Positions 44,808 through 54,547 of a stretch of DNA of 64,000 nucleotides are shown in pieces; the stretch's first letter is position 1; every line of letters begins with the position of its first letter. The position numbers and the translations under genes are program-made. The notes below the pieces were generated by a model that saw only the letters and a program-made list of their open reading frames with translations, was not told the origin of the DNA and searched no databases. This DNA is from Elusimicrobiota bacterium (GTDB taxonomy: Bacteria; Elusimicrobiota; Elusimicrobia; UBA1565): positions 40,175 through 104,174 of the forward strand of contig JBDRPD010000034.1 in NCBI GenBank assembly GCA_043827405.1. The letters are read 5' to 3'.

Positions 44808-45817
44808 TGTTTCTTCTCCGGTTTCTTCGTCGCGGAATCTTCGCGGCTGTGCCGGCGCTCGAGGAAGGAGATCGACGACTCGATAACCTTTAGCGTCGCG
44901 GCGTCCTTTTCTGTTTTTGCCGCCTTGCGCAGGGCGTCGAGAGCCTGGTCCATGCCGCCGGATTCTCCGAGAATCTGGGCGGCCTGCCGGCGGAACTGGC
45001 GCTCCGGATGCCGCAGCGATTCGATCACGGGCGGCAGCCATTGCGCGCCGCCCAAGGACGCCAGGAGCGCGGCGGCCTCGAGCCGTATGCGGTGATCGGG
45101 GTCTTTCAGCAGCGGAAGGAAGGCGTCTTTGCGCTTTGGCCCGCTGACGCGGCGAAGGGCGCGGATCGCTTCCAGCCGCACGTAGTCGTCCTGATCGGTG
45201 AGCGCTTGGTGCAGCGGTCCCAGGGAGCGGGCGGCGGATATTTGTCCCAGCGCGGCGGCGGCCGACCGCCGCATCTTAGCGGAGGGATCACGCAGCAGCG
45301 CCTCAAGGTCTGCGGCCGCGGCGGCGACGCGCAGCTGGCCGAGCGCGCTGATGGCGGCGAAGCGCACGCTCAGCGCGTCGTCTTTGAGCGCCGTTATCAG
45401 CGTGTTGACCGCGGCCGGGTCCCCGATCGCGCCAAGGGCTCCCGCGGCCTGCTGCCGGACGGCGGGATGCTTGTCCGCCTCCGTCATTTTCCGCAGGCGC
45501 GCAACGGCTTCGCGCGTCCTTTGGCGTCCCAGCGCGTTGGCGGCCGCGCTGCGGACCTCGGGCGCTTTATCCTCAAGGGCGTTGAGCAGCAGCGGTATGA
45601 CGCGCGGATCGCGCATCCGGCGCAGTTCCGTTATGCTTTGACGGCGGACAAGGGGGTCTTCGTTTCGCAGCTGCTCGGCGGCAACAGTGAAGGGGTCCTT
45701 TTTCTCTTCCACGGCCGGGATCGGATCCGCGGGTTCCGCGCCGTACAGAGGGCTCGTGCCCGCCAGGAATACGGCGCTTAAAAGCAGCTTCAGCAAACGT
45801 GAATGGGTATGCAGCAT
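44804..45817 (-). CDS. Exported HEAT-repeat protein
   Basis: Signal peptide; repeats of 'D....VR..A..ALG.......L...L.D'. Confidence 0.85.
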   Translation of the reverse strand: MLHTHSRLLKLLLSAVFLAGTSPLYGAEPADPIPAVEEKKDPFTVAAEQLRNEDPLVRRQSITELRRMRDPRVIPLLLNALEDKAPEVRSAAANALGRQRTREAVARLRKMTEADKHPAVRQQAAGALGAIGDPAAVNTLITALKDDALSVRFAAISALGQLRVAAAAADLEALLRDPSAKMRRSAAAALGQISAARSLGPLHQALTDQDDYVRLEAIRALRRVSGPKRKDAFLPLLKDPDHRIRLEAAALLASLGGAQWLPPVIESLRHPERQFRRQAAQILGESGGMDQALDALRKAAKTEKDAATLKVIESSISFLERRHSREDSATKKPEKKQ

Positions 45818-45823
45818 GGGTCG

Positions 45824-45829
45824 ATTATA
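45824..45829 (-). promoter_or_regulatory. -10 box TATAAT 6 nt upstream of HEAT gene ATG
   Basis: Minus strand reads TATAATcgacccATG. Confidence 0.5.
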
Positions 45830-45839
45830 TAATTCTAAT

Positions 45840-46217
45840 TTAGGTTTTTTCGAATATTTCTTGGATTCTCTTATGCAGTTCGGCCATGCCGAAGGGCTTT
45901 TGCAGGACCGATATCGCGCCGCTCATGATGGCGATCCCATGCTCGCGCTGGGTGTCGCGGCTGGTCATGATCATAATGCGCGGCGCGTTGGCTCCCAACT
46001 TGTTGGAGACTTCGGAGGCGACGTGGTAGCCGTCGATGTAGGGCATCATGACGTCGAGCAGGACGAGGTCGAACGGCTCTTTGACCGCCAGCTCAAGCGC
46101 GTCCTTGCCGTTGGCGGCGGTACGCACCTCGTAGTCCTGGAAGGTGAGGTCCATTTTTAGAAGCTCCAGCAGATCCGGATCGTCGTCTGCCACTAGGATG
46201 CGCTTTCGATCTGCCAT
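45840..46217 (-). CDS. Single-domain response regulator (receiver only)
   Basis: 'ADDD', 'DVMMP..DG', 'T', 'KPF'. Confidence 0.9.
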   Translation of the reverse strand: MADRKRILVADDDPDLLELLKMDLTFQDYEVRTAANGKDALELAVKEPFDLVLLDVMMPYIDGYHVASEVSNKLGANAPRIMIMTSRDTQREHGIAIMSGAISVLQKPFGMAELHKRIQEIFEKT

Positions 46218-49200
46218 GACTTGTCTCCCAGAAGTTTGGATAAATGTTCGAATAAGGAATCACGAAGGTCCACCCGCTCCTCGATCTCAATGAGCGTGTG
46301 CTCGTCGGTCGCGGACTCGATGCGCAGCCGCACCGGGATATGGCCGGGATATTGGTGCAGCAGGCGCTTGAGATCCTCGAGGAGCCTGTCCTCCATCCCG
46401 GCGGACGAGAACCTTAGCGTGAGGGATTTCGCGTAACGGTTGACGGCCTTGTCCATGGGGATGATGTCTTCGACGAATAGTTCGGGCTTCTGCGGCTCGC
46501 TGTCGTCGCCGCGGAAGTTGGTCGGAAATGAAAGGCGTCCCAAGACCGTGACGACGGTGTCGGATTTCAGCTGCTGGCCGAGCCCGGAGGCGTAGGCTTT
46601 GGGAAAAACGATGAGGTTGATCTCTCCGGTCAGATCCTCCAGGACCGCGCGTCCCATCGGGTCGCCCTTGCGGGTAACGATGCGTTTGACCTGGTTGAGA
46701 AAACCGGCCAGCCGGACCTCCTTGGGGGAGTCCTCATTGAGCGCATCGATCGTATGGGTAGAGGTGAAGCCCAGGCGGTCCTTGAAGTGAACCAGCGGAT
46801 GCCCCGAGAAGTAGAAGCCGAGGACTTCACGTTCCGCCTTGAGCAGGTCATGCTCATGCCACGGCGCGGCACTTTCCGCGCGGTCCTCCTCGGCGCTCGC
46901 GGCGCGCGCCACGGGGATATCCGTTCCGAACAGCAGCCCTTGGCCGCGCGCGAGGTCTTCCTTGATGCGCGACTGCCGCCCCATGGTGTCTTCGAGGGTG
47001 TGCATAAGGCGGGCACGGGCGGTCTCGATCGGCAGGCCCTGCATCAGCGAGTCCATGGCGCCCGCCTTGACCAGCGATTCCAGCGTCTTCTTGTTGGCGG
47101 CGCGCAGGTCGACGCGGCGGCAGAATTCGTCGAGCGAGTCGAAGGGTTTCTCGCGGCGCGCCTCAACGATCGCCTCCGCGGCGCCCTGCCCGACGTTCTT
47201 TACCGCCGTCAGCCCAAAACGGATCGCTTTGCCTTCGATCGAAAAAATGGTTTCGGAGTTCTGGACATCCGGAGACAGGATTTTGATGTCGAAGTGCTTG
47301 GCGTCGTCAAGGTAGGTCGCCAGCTTGTTCTCCTTGCCTTCGACGGCGATGGCGCTGTGGCCGATTTCCGAGGTCAGGAGGGCGGTGAAGAACTCCAGCG
47401 GATAGTTGGCCTTAAGGTAGGCCGTCTGGTAGGAGACGGTCCCGTAGGCGACGGTATGCGATTTATTGAAGCCGTAGCCGGCGAACTTCAGAATCTGCTC
47501 GAAAATCTTGTTGGCGATATTATCCGCGATGTCATTCTTTTTGCAGCCCGCCAGGAAAATCCCGCGCTGCTCCTCAAGGAGCGCCTCATTTTTCTTGCCC
47601 ATGGCCTTGCGGAAGACGTCGGCCTGTCCCGGCGTGAAGTTGGCCAGACTTTTGGATATCTCCATGACCTGTTCCTGATAGACCATGCAGCCGTAGGTGG
47701 GCTGGAGTATCGGCTCAAGCAGGGGGTGGTCGTAGCGCACCCGCTTGCCGTGCTTGCGGTCGACGAACAGGTCGAGCATGCCGCCCTTCATCGGCCCGGG
47801 GCGGTAGAGCGCGATGCAGGCCGAGATGTCGTCAAACGATGTCGGCTTGAGGCTGCGCAGCAGTTCGCGCATGCCTTCCGAATCCAGCTGGAACACGCCG
47901 AGCGCTCGTCCCGACTGCAGCAGCTCGTAGACCTTTTTGTCATCGAACGGCAGGTCGTGGATATCGAAGTCTTTATCCCGGCGCGCGTGGATGAGCTTAA
48001 CCGCTTCGTCGATAACCGACAGGTTGCGCAGACCCAGGAAGTCCATCTTGAGAAGCCCGAGGTTGGGCAGGACGTCGCCGTCGTATTGTGTGGTGACGAC
48101 ATCCGAGTTCGCGCCCTTGGCCAGCGGCGCGTAGCGCACGACCGGCTCCTTGGTGATGACTACGGCGGCGGCGTGGACGCCGGTATGGCGCTTGAGGCCT
48201 TCAAGTTTCTGTGCGAGGTTGAGCAGTTTCTTAATCTGCGGGTCCTTGGCCGCTTCCTGGAGGTCGGGCACCGTATTGAGCGCCTGATGGATGGTGTTGG
48301 CGAACGGGATGAGCTTGGCGACGCGGTCGACGTCGCTTAAGGGGACGTCCATGACGCGTCCGACGTCGCGGATGGCCAGGCGCGCCTTGAGCGAGCCGAA
48401 AGTGATGATCTGCGCGACATGGTCCGCGCCGTACTTTTGGCGCACGTACTCTATGACCTTGTCGCGTCCGCGGTCGGAAAAGTCGATATCCAGGTCGGGC
48501 ATCGAAACCCGGTCGGGGTTGAGGAACCGCTCGAAGAGCAGCTTGTGCTTGATCGGGTCGACCGCCGTGATGCCGAGCGCGTAGCAGACGACGGCGCCCG
48601 CGCCCGAGCCCCGGCCCGGTCCGACGGGGATATGCTGCTCCTTGGCCCAACGGATGAAGTCCCAGACGATCAGGAAGTAGCCCGAGTATTCCATTCGCTT
48701 AATGACGGAGAGCTCGTACTCCAGGCGGTCGGTGTAGGCCGGATCGCGGTCGCGTCCGAGGCGCACCAGGCCCGCGCGGCACAGCTCATCGAGGTAGACG
48801 TCCTGGTTTTTTCCGCCCGGCACCGGAAAGTCCGGCAGGATGGACTTGCCCATCGGAATTTCGACGTTGCACTGGTCGGCGATGCGCAGCGTGTTGGCGA
48901 GCGACTCGGGGGCAAAGTGGAAGGTCTTGGCCATTTCAGCGGCGCTCTTGAAGTAGAACTCGTTGCTTTCGAAGCGCAGGCGCTGGACGTCGGAGATCTT
49001 TTTCCCGGTGGAGATGCAGATGTGCGCGTCGTGGGCGATATGGTCGTCCGGCCGCGAATAGTGGCAGTCGTTGGTGGCGACGAGGGGGAGCTTGGTCTTC
49101 TCGTGCAGTTCCAGCAGGGCCTTTAGCGCGTCCTTCTGCAGGTCGATGCCGTGATCCATAATCTCCAGGTAGAAGGACCCCGGCTCCAGGATGTCGCGGT

Positions 49201-49714
49201 ACTCCATGGCGAGCCGGAGCGCGCCCTTGACGTCGCCGGCCGTGATGCTCTGGCAGATTTCTGATTTCAGGCAGCCGGAGAGCACGATCAGCCCCTTGGC
49301 ATGCTCGGCCAGCAGCTCTTTATCGATGCGCGCATCGTAGTAGAAGCCCTCCATGAAGGCCTTGCTCGACAGCTCCATGAGGTTCTGGTAGCCCGCGAAG
49401 TTCTTGGCCAGGACGGTCAGGTGGCAGTTGTCGCGCTGGGATCCTTTGCGGTCGCGCCGCGAGCCTTTCGCCATATACATCTCGCAGCCGATAATGGGCT
49501 TGATGCCTACCTGGCGGGCTTGGGTGTAGAATTCGATGGCGCCGTACATGTTGCCGTGATCGGTCAGCGCCATGGCCTTGACGCCGTCGCGGCTGAGGCG
49601 CTCCAGCAGTTCGGAGGGATTGCCCTCGTGGTCCTTGAAGCGGTTGGTCCCGTCCAGCAGGGAATACTCGGAATGGTTGTGCAGGTGGACGAACTCGGGC
49701 TTCGTGGCGTTCAT
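46193..49714 (-). CDS. dnaE: DNA polymerase III alpha subunit
   Basis: PHP 'HLHNHSEYSLLDG', 'GPGRGSGAG', 'FERFLNPDRVSMPDLDIDF', 'KMDFLGL', 'YGFNKSH'; 1173 aa. Confidence 0.97.
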   Translation of the reverse strand: MNATKPEFVHLHNHSEYSLLDGTNRFKDHEGNPSELLERLSRDGVKAMALTDHGNMYGAIEFYTQARQVGIKPIIGCEMYMAKGSRRDRKGSQRDNCHLTVLAKNFAGYQNLMELSSKAFMEGFYYDARIDKELLAEHAKGLIVLSGCLKSEICQSITAGDVKGALRLAMEYRDILEPGSFYLEIMDHGIDLQKDALKALLELHEKTKLPLVATNDCHYSRPDDHIAHDAHICISTGKKISDVQRLRFESNEFYFKSAAEMAKTFHFAPESLANTLRIADQCNVEIPMGKSILPDFPVPGGKNQDVYLDELCRAGLVRLGRDRDPAYTDRLEYELSVIKRMEYSGYFLIVWDFIRWAKEQHIPVGPGRGSGAGAVVCYALGITAVDPIKHKLLFERFLNPDRVSMPDLDIDFSDRGRDKVIEYVRQKYGADHVAQIITFGSLKARLAIRDVGRVMDVPLSDVDRVAKLIPFANTIHQALNTVPDLQEAAKDPQIKKLLNLAQKLEGLKRHTGVHAAAVVITKEPVVRYAPLAKGANSDVVTTQYDGDVLPNLGLLKMDFLGLRNLSVIDEAVKLIHARRDKDFDIHDLPFDDKKVYELLQSGRALGVFQLDSEGMRELLRSLKPTSFDDISACIALYRPGPMKGGMLDLFVDRKHGKRVRYDHPLLEPILQPTYGCMVYQEQVMEISKSLANFTPGQADVFRKAMGKKNEALLEEQRGIFLAGCKKNDIADNIANKIFEQILKFAGYGFNKSHTVAYGTVSYQTAYLKANYPLEFFTALLTSEIGHSAIAVEGKENKLATYLDDAKHFDIKILSPDVQNSETIFSIEGKAIRFGLTAVKNVGQGAAEAIVEARREKPFDSLDEFCRRVDLRAANKKTLESLVKAGAMDSLMQGLPIETARARLMHTLEDTMGRQSRIKEDLARGQGLLFGTDIPVARAASAEEDRAESAAPWHEHDLLKAEREVLGFYFSGHPLVHFKDRLGFTSTHTIDALNEDSPKEVRLAGFLNQVKRIVTRKGDPMGRAVLEDLTGEINLIVFPKAYASGLGQQLKSDTVVTVLGRLSFPTNFRGDDSEPQKPELFVEDIIPMDKAVNRYAKSLTLRFSSAGMEDRLLEDLKRLLHQYPGHIPVRLRIESATDEHTLIEIEERVDLRDSLFEHLSKLLGDKSWQIESAS

Positions 49715-49728
49715 GCGCGGGATTCCGC

Positions 49729-49734
49729 TATAAT
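49729..49734 (+). promoter_or_regulatory. -10 box TATAAT in the 26-bp dnaE/NUDIX divergent gap
   Basis: TATAATgcgggcGTG. Confidence 0.5.
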
Positions 49735-49740
49735 GCGGGC

Positions 49741-50334
49741 GTGAGCCGCAAGCTGACCGAACGCCTGATCCGGAAAAAACGCGTTTATTCGGGCCATGCC
49801 GTCAATTTTTCCGTCGACAGCATACGGCTTCCCAACGGCAATCGGGCGGTCCGCGAATACACCGACCATCCGGGGGCGGCGGCGGTCGTTCCTTTCACGT
49901 CCGACGGCGAGGTCGTTCTCGTGCGGCAGTTTCGCTACCCCATCGGCCGGGTGACCATAGAAATCCCCGCCGGCAAGCTTGACGGCGGGGAGCTCCCGCT
50001 GCGCTGCGCGAAGCGCGAGCTCACGGAGGAGACGGGGTTCACCGCCGGCCGCATCCGCCGGTTGACCACGTTTTGGCCGGCGCCAGCTTTTTCCAACGAA
50101 ACCCTGTATATTTTCGTCGCCGACCGGCTTCGGCGCGGCTGCGTGCGGCTGGATGAGGACGAGTTTGTCGAAGTGGTTCGGGTCCATTTCCAGAAAGCCT
50201 TGGACTGGGTCGTGTCCGGAAAAATCAAAGATTCTAAAACGATTATCGGCCTTCAGGCCTGCGCGCTCGCAGGATACGGGAGCAAAAGAATGCGCCCACC
50301 CGGCGCCGGTCGGTCCGCCGTACGCGCGCGTTAG
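49741..50334 (+). CDS. NUDIX hydrolase, ADP-ribose pyrophosphatase-like
   Basis: 'HPGA', 'VRQFRYP', Nudix box 'PAGKLD.GE....CAKREL.EETG', 'I.DSKT'. Confidence 0.9.
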   Translation: MSRKLTERLIRKKRVYSGHAVNFSVDSIRLPNGNRAVREYTDHPGAAAVVPFTSDGEVVLVRQFRYPIGRVTIEIPAGKLDGGELPLRCAKRELTEETGFTAGRIRRLTTFWPAPAFSNETLYIFVADRLRRGCVRLDEDEFVEVVRVHFQKALDWVVSGKIKDSKTIIGLQACALAGYGSKRMRPPGAGRSAVRAR

Positions 50335-50369
50335 CGATTATATCAAAATAAGGCGGACGAGCTAGGAAG

Positions 50370-52421
50370 ATGAATCCCGAGGAAATCCCCGTCTGGAAGC
50401 CGCTCTTGAAGCGGATTCCGCTCTTCCACGATCTCTCGGGCGAGGACCTCGGCAAGGTCGCCGCGTTGCTCAAGCCTTTGTCTTTGCCGCGCGGGGCGAC
50501 GCTGTTTCATCAGGGTGATGAGGCGGACGCTTTCTACGTTATCACCTCGGGGCGGGTCAATCTCGTGACCGAGCGGCAGGGGACCAAGACGATCGCCGGC
50601 TCGCTCGGGCGCGGCGATACGCTCGGTGAGCTGGCGCTGCTGTCGGGACAGCCCCGGCCGATGACGGCCCTGCTCGACACGACGACCGAGTTCCTGGTGC
50701 TGTCGAAGAAAGACTTCGCGGCGGTGCTGCGCAGCGCGCCGTCGATCCTGATGCAGCTGTCGCGGACGCTCTCGACCCAGATCCTGCGCGAGACCAGCGG
50801 GCGGCGCGAAGCTCCTCGGCAGAAGCGCATCCTCGCGCTGGTGGCGGCGCTGGATGAGGATGATCAGTCCCTGTTCACGCTAAACTTCGCTCTGGCGCTG
50901 ATCGAGCAGACCCGCCGTCGCGTCTTGTTCGTGGATATGGACCCCGGGGGCGGCCGCTTCGCCAAGGAGTTCGGCCTGAAGCGCAGAACTCTTACCGAGG
51001 CGAAGCTGCGGCAGCACAACCTGCGCGACTCGAGTCTGCTTAAACAATGCGTGCAGACGCATCCCTCGGGTCTCGGGATCATCACTTTGCCGCCGGAGGT
51101 GCTGGCGGGACGGCTGTTTAAGAGTATTTTTCTCCTCATGAACCTGCTGCGCGAGCACAGCGACTTCGTCGTGCTGTCCATGTCGGGCACGCTGGGCGAG
51201 GTTGAAAAATCGGTACTCTACGAGGCCGACCAATGGATACTTGTGGGCGGCGCGGGCCGCGAGGGGGAGTTCTCCCACTACCAGCGGTCGCTGCGCCGCC
51301 TGTCTTCCGAACAGAAAAGCCTGCTCGAAGTATGGCTGGGCGACAAGCCGCCCACCGCCCTGCGGCTGGGCCAGATCGGCGAATGGGTGCGCATCCCGTG
51401 GCCGCGTTCCTTGGCCGTCGCCCATCGCGGGGGGGCGTCGGCCTTCTCCGTTCTGGACCGGAGCGCGCGCTCCCGTTTCGGGGTGGAGAGCCTGGCCCGG
51501 CGGATCGGCGGCCACCGTCTCGGTTTGGCCCTGGGTACGGGCGCGGCGCTCGGCTACGCGCTGATCGGCATCCTGAAGACCTTCCGCCGCGAGGGCATAC
51601 CCATTGACGTCGTCTCCGGCACCTCGATAGGCTCGGTGATCGGCGGCCTTTATGCGCTGGGGTTGTCGCCGGAGGCGATCGAGGAGATCGCCATCGGCGT
51701 GGACAAGGCCTGGGTATGGGAGAACCTTTTTTGGGACCTGACCATACCCCGTTCTGGATTGTTCGAAGGTACGACCCTGCTGCGTTTTATCCGTTCGTAT
51801 TTCGGCGACCGGGTATTCAGCGACCTGGAGATTCCCTTCGCCTGCGTGGCCACCGACATCGAGAACGGCGAGGAGGTCATTTTCAAGGAGGGAAAGGTCG
51901 CCGAGGCGGTGCGCTCGAGCTGCGGCATCCCGCTGATCTTTCAGCCTTTTAGCTATCAGGGCCGCTTCCTCGTCGACGGCGGCCTGGTGGAGCCGGTGCC
52001 GACGCGGGTTCTCAGCCAGCTGGGCGCCGATATCCTGGTGGCCGTCAACCTGACGGTGCCGGCCGGCGCGCGCAAAACGACGCTGAGCAAGAAGCGGAGC
52101 GAACAGACGCTGGCGCAGCGCGAGCTCGAGAAGCTTAAGAAGCTGACCCTGCCGGAGGCCTTTCAGGCTCCGAACCTGTTTCAGGTTTTCTTCCAGATGA
52201 TCTACACCATGGAATATGAGATCGCCCGTACCCGCTCCTCGCTCAGCGACGTCTATATCCATCCGGATTTGACCGGCTTCTCGTGGACCGAGATGCACCG
52301 CGCCAAAGAGCTTATTGACGCCGGCGAAAAGGTGGCCGAGGCGGTGCTGCCCAAAGTCAAGGCGCTGCTGCCCTTCTTTTCGGACTACTGCAAGGTCGAC
52401 GTGGCGAAGCCGGTCTGGTAG
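50370..52421 (+). CDS. cNMP-binding + degenerate ParA/MinD-like + patatin phospholipase fusion
   Basis: 'LFHQGDEADAFY.I.SG...GELALL...PR'; 'LNFALAL.....RVLFVDMD'; 'LALG.GAA.G', 'GTSIG', 'DGG'. Confidence 0.85.
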   Translation: MNPEEIPVWKPLLKRIPLFHDLSGEDLGKVAALLKPLSLPRGATLFHQGDEADAFYVITSGRVNLVTERQGTKTIAGSLGRGDTLGELALLSGQPRPMTALLDTTTEFLVLSKKDFAAVLRSAPSILMQLSRTLSTQILRETSGRREAPRQKRILALVAALDEDDQSLFTLNFALALIEQTRRRVLFVDMDPGGGRFAKEFGLKRRTLTEAKLRQHNLRDSSLLKQCVQTHPSGLGIITLPPEVLAGRLFKSIFLLMNLLREHSDFVVLSMSGTLGEVEKSVLYEADQWILVGGAGREGEFSHYQRSLRRLSSEQKSLLEVWLGDKPPTALRLGQIGEWVRIPWPRSLAVAHRGGASAFSVLDRSARSRFGVESLARRIGGHRLGLALGTGAALGYALIGILKTFRREGIPIDVVSGTSIGSVIGGLYALGLSPEAIEEIAIGVDKAWVWENLFWDLTIPRSGLFEGTTLLRFIRSYFGDRVFSDLEIPFACVATDIENGEEVIFKEGKVAEAVRSSCGIPLIFQPFSYQGRFLVDGGLVEPVPTRVLSQLGADILVAVNLTVPAGARKTTLSKKRSEQTLAQRELEKLKKLTLPEAFQAPNLFQVFFQMIYTMEYEIARTRSSLSDVYIHPDLTGFSWTEMHRAKELIDAGEKVAEAVLPKVKALLPFFSDYCKVDVAKPVW

Positions 52422-52422
52422 G

Positions 52423-53829
52423 TTACGCTCGTCCGCGCGCAATTCTAAGAAAAGCCCGCACCGCCGACTCCGTTTGCTCCTTTTCGCTGCGCGCGCGCCG
52501 GGCATAGCCGGAGTTCGGGAAGAGGCGGAGCGCCGCGTCATCGACGTAGGCGCGCAGGCGGGAACGCGGCGCCGGCGCCGCCGCGAATAGGCGCACGGTC
52601 TCTTTGTACTCCATGACCCGGCCGCCGTAGCTTTTTAGCTCCGCCAGCGTTCGCGCGAATCCTTTGTCGGCGCGCGCCCAATCCATGGGCGCCGGCTCGC
52701 CGGCGTCCGGCGCCAGCAGCGCCGCCGCCTGCTCTCCGGCGGCGAGCGCGTCCCGGATACGCGTTTCCAGCCCTTTGCCGTGGGCGAGATAGCCGGCGCG
52801 GTCCTTCTCTGCCGCCGGCAGCTTCTTGATGGCGGCGCGCAGGCGCTCATCGAGAAAGCCCGCTAGCGCGCGCAGACGGTAGAGGCGCTCGAGCTGGGCG
52901 GCGTAGGCGATCCAGCGCGCGGTTTCCCGGCGCTTATGCGACAGCGCCGTTAGGAGGAGCGGGGTGATGCCGGAGCGGTGTTTCGCCTTTTCGGCGGTTC
53001 GGCTAAAATCCGTCAGCGCGTTTTCCGCGCGCCTCAGCGCTTGCGCGCGCTGTTTATCGTCCGTCGCGTCGCGAACCAAAGTGCGCTTGAGGTTGTCGAT
53101 GTCGTGGCGCAGGCCGAAGCGGGGATAGGCCAGGGTCGCATGATCCAGGCGGCCGTCCTCGACCAGCGCCGGCGCCCCCGGCGCCCGGCGCCGGTTCATC
53201 GCGCTCTGGAAGGCCTGGACCTGCGGCGAATAGCCGGTGAGGTCGGCGGTGCTCAGCCGTTCGTACAGGCCGCCGCCCGCGGCGGGCGTCCCGCCGGCGC
53301 GTTTGTCGGGGGTATAGGAAGACTCGCCTTCGAAAAAGCGCTTGATGAGCCGGTGGCGCTCCTCGTCCTTAATATCTTCCTCGCCGATAATTTTACGGGT
53401 CTCGCGCGCCGCGCTCTCGAGGCGGTCGACCATCCCTCTGTGCCGCTCGGGATTAACCTCGAACAGGCGGACGATGCGGTTGTGCAGGGACTGTTCGAAG
53501 GCGTCGCCGCCGTCGGCATCGTCCTGTGCGAAGCCTACAGCCAGATGCGCGGCGTCCTCCGGATGGGCGGTGATCCAGCCGCGTATCGTCTCCCGCGCGC
53601 GCGGAGAATCCTGCTCGGCGATCTGCGGGCCGATGCTGGAGCGGAGGATTCTCGCCGCCAGCATGTCCGCGGCGGCGGGGTCGTCCAGCAGTTGGTCGCG
53701 AGCCCGGCGCCGGGAGTCGTCCTCTCGTGTCTCGACCGCCTGTCCCGGAGTCTCCGGGACGCTTTTGATGTCGAGCGCGGACGCCGTGAGGGGGAGGACG
53801 CCGGCGAGGACCAGCGGCAGGAGGTTCAT
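52423..53829 (-). CDS. Exported helical hypothetical protein
   Basis: Signal-peptide-like N-terminus, 468 aa, 4-bp overlap with upstream gene. Confidence 0.6.
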   Translation of the reverse strand: MNLLPLVLAGVLPLTASALDIKSVPETPGQAVETREDDSRRRARDQLLDDPAAADMLAARILRSSIGPQIAEQDSPRARETIRGWITAHPEDAAHLAVGFAQDDADGGDAFEQSLHNRIVRLFEVNPERHRGMVDRLESAARETRKIIGEEDIKDEERHRLIKRFFEGESSYTPDKRAGGTPAAGGGLYERLSTADLTGYSPQVQAFQSAMNRRRAPGAPALVEDGRLDHATLAYPRFGLRHDIDNLKRTLVRDATDDKQRAQALRRAENALTDFSRTAEKAKHRSGITPLLLTALSHKRRETARWIAYAAQLERLYRLRALAGFLDERLRAAIKKLPAAEKDRAGYLAHGKGLETRIRDALAAGEQAAALLAPDAGEPAPMDWARADKGFARTLAELKSYGGRVMEYKETVRLFAAAPAPRSRLRAYVDDAALRLFPNSGYARRARSEKEQTESAVRAFLRIARGRA

Positions 53830-54545
53830 GGGAAACGGTAAAGCAGCTTGCCGCCGGAGCGGACCGCGCCGTCATCGGTCAGTTCGGCGCGGCCGAGTTC
53901 GGCGTCAGCCGCCGGGATGTCCTGGCGTTGTTTCTTCTGCAGGTTCAGCAGGGAATAGGTCAGGGCGCGGTCCTTTTCGCTCCACAAAACCAGGGCATAG
54001 CGGCCGTTCGGTGTGAGCCGGATATTCTCGATTCGCGCCGCGCCGCGGATGCCGGTGATGCGGTTGCCGGTGAACGTATAGGCGTTCACGCTCCAGCCGC
54101 CGTCGCGACGCTCCACGACGAGAAAGGTCTCACCGTCGCGGCTTTGCTCGAGCAGCGGGACGCCCGGCGGCGCGTCGGCGCGGCCGCTCTCCCAGAGGGT
54201 TTGGCCCCGGGTTCCCAAATATACCGCGGTTATGGTCGACGCCAGGATCGTGTCGGTGCGCCCGGGTTTAACCGTCTCGTCTTTGCGCCAATGCCAGGCG
54301 AAGCGGCTGTTGAGCGAGATGCCGCCGCGCATGCGGCGGCGCAGGATAAGCCCGTCCGTGAATTCCACCTCCCACTCGCCGATGCCGATCTCTTCGATCA
54401 GCCGCGCATTCCGGTCGAACAGCAGCAGCGAGGAGCTGGCCGCCGTCCAGCCGCCGCCCGGCGGGGCCTTGGGCGGCCGGGTCTTCGTCTCGCCGCCCAG
54501 GGCGGGGACCGCGAGCAGGGCGATGAGCGCCGCGGTCCGCAGCAT
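53826..54545 (-). CDS. Exported beta-rich hypothetical protein
   Basis: Signal peptide; propeller-like strings 'S.DGE', 'TPNGRYAL'; operon spacing. Confidence 0.6.
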   Translation of the reverse strand: MLRTAALIALLAVPALGGETKTRPPKAPPGGGWTAASSSLLLFDRNARLIEEIGIGEWEVEFTDGLILRRRMRGGISLNSRFAWHWRKDETVKPGRTDTILASTITAVYLGTRGQTLWESGRADAPPGVPLLEQSRDGETFLVVERRDGGWSVNAYTFTGNRITGIRGAARIENIRLTPNGRYALVLWSEKDRALTYSLLNLQKKQRQDIPAADAELGRAELTDDGAVRSGGKLLYRFP

Positions 54546-54547
54546 CT

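Noticed and set aside
46754..48340. 528-aa ORF antisense to dnaE (likewise 50880-52541, 26689-27996, 33313-34578)
   Set aside because: Opposite well-supported genes, no recognisable domains
46193..49714. Possible intein or split in dnaE
   Set aside because: Normal length, continuous motifs, no splice-junction or LAGLIDADG signature seen
49741..52421. CBASS/Pycsar-type defence system around the cNMP-patatin gene
   Set aside because: No cyclase, CD-NTase or other defence genes nearby; housekeeping context
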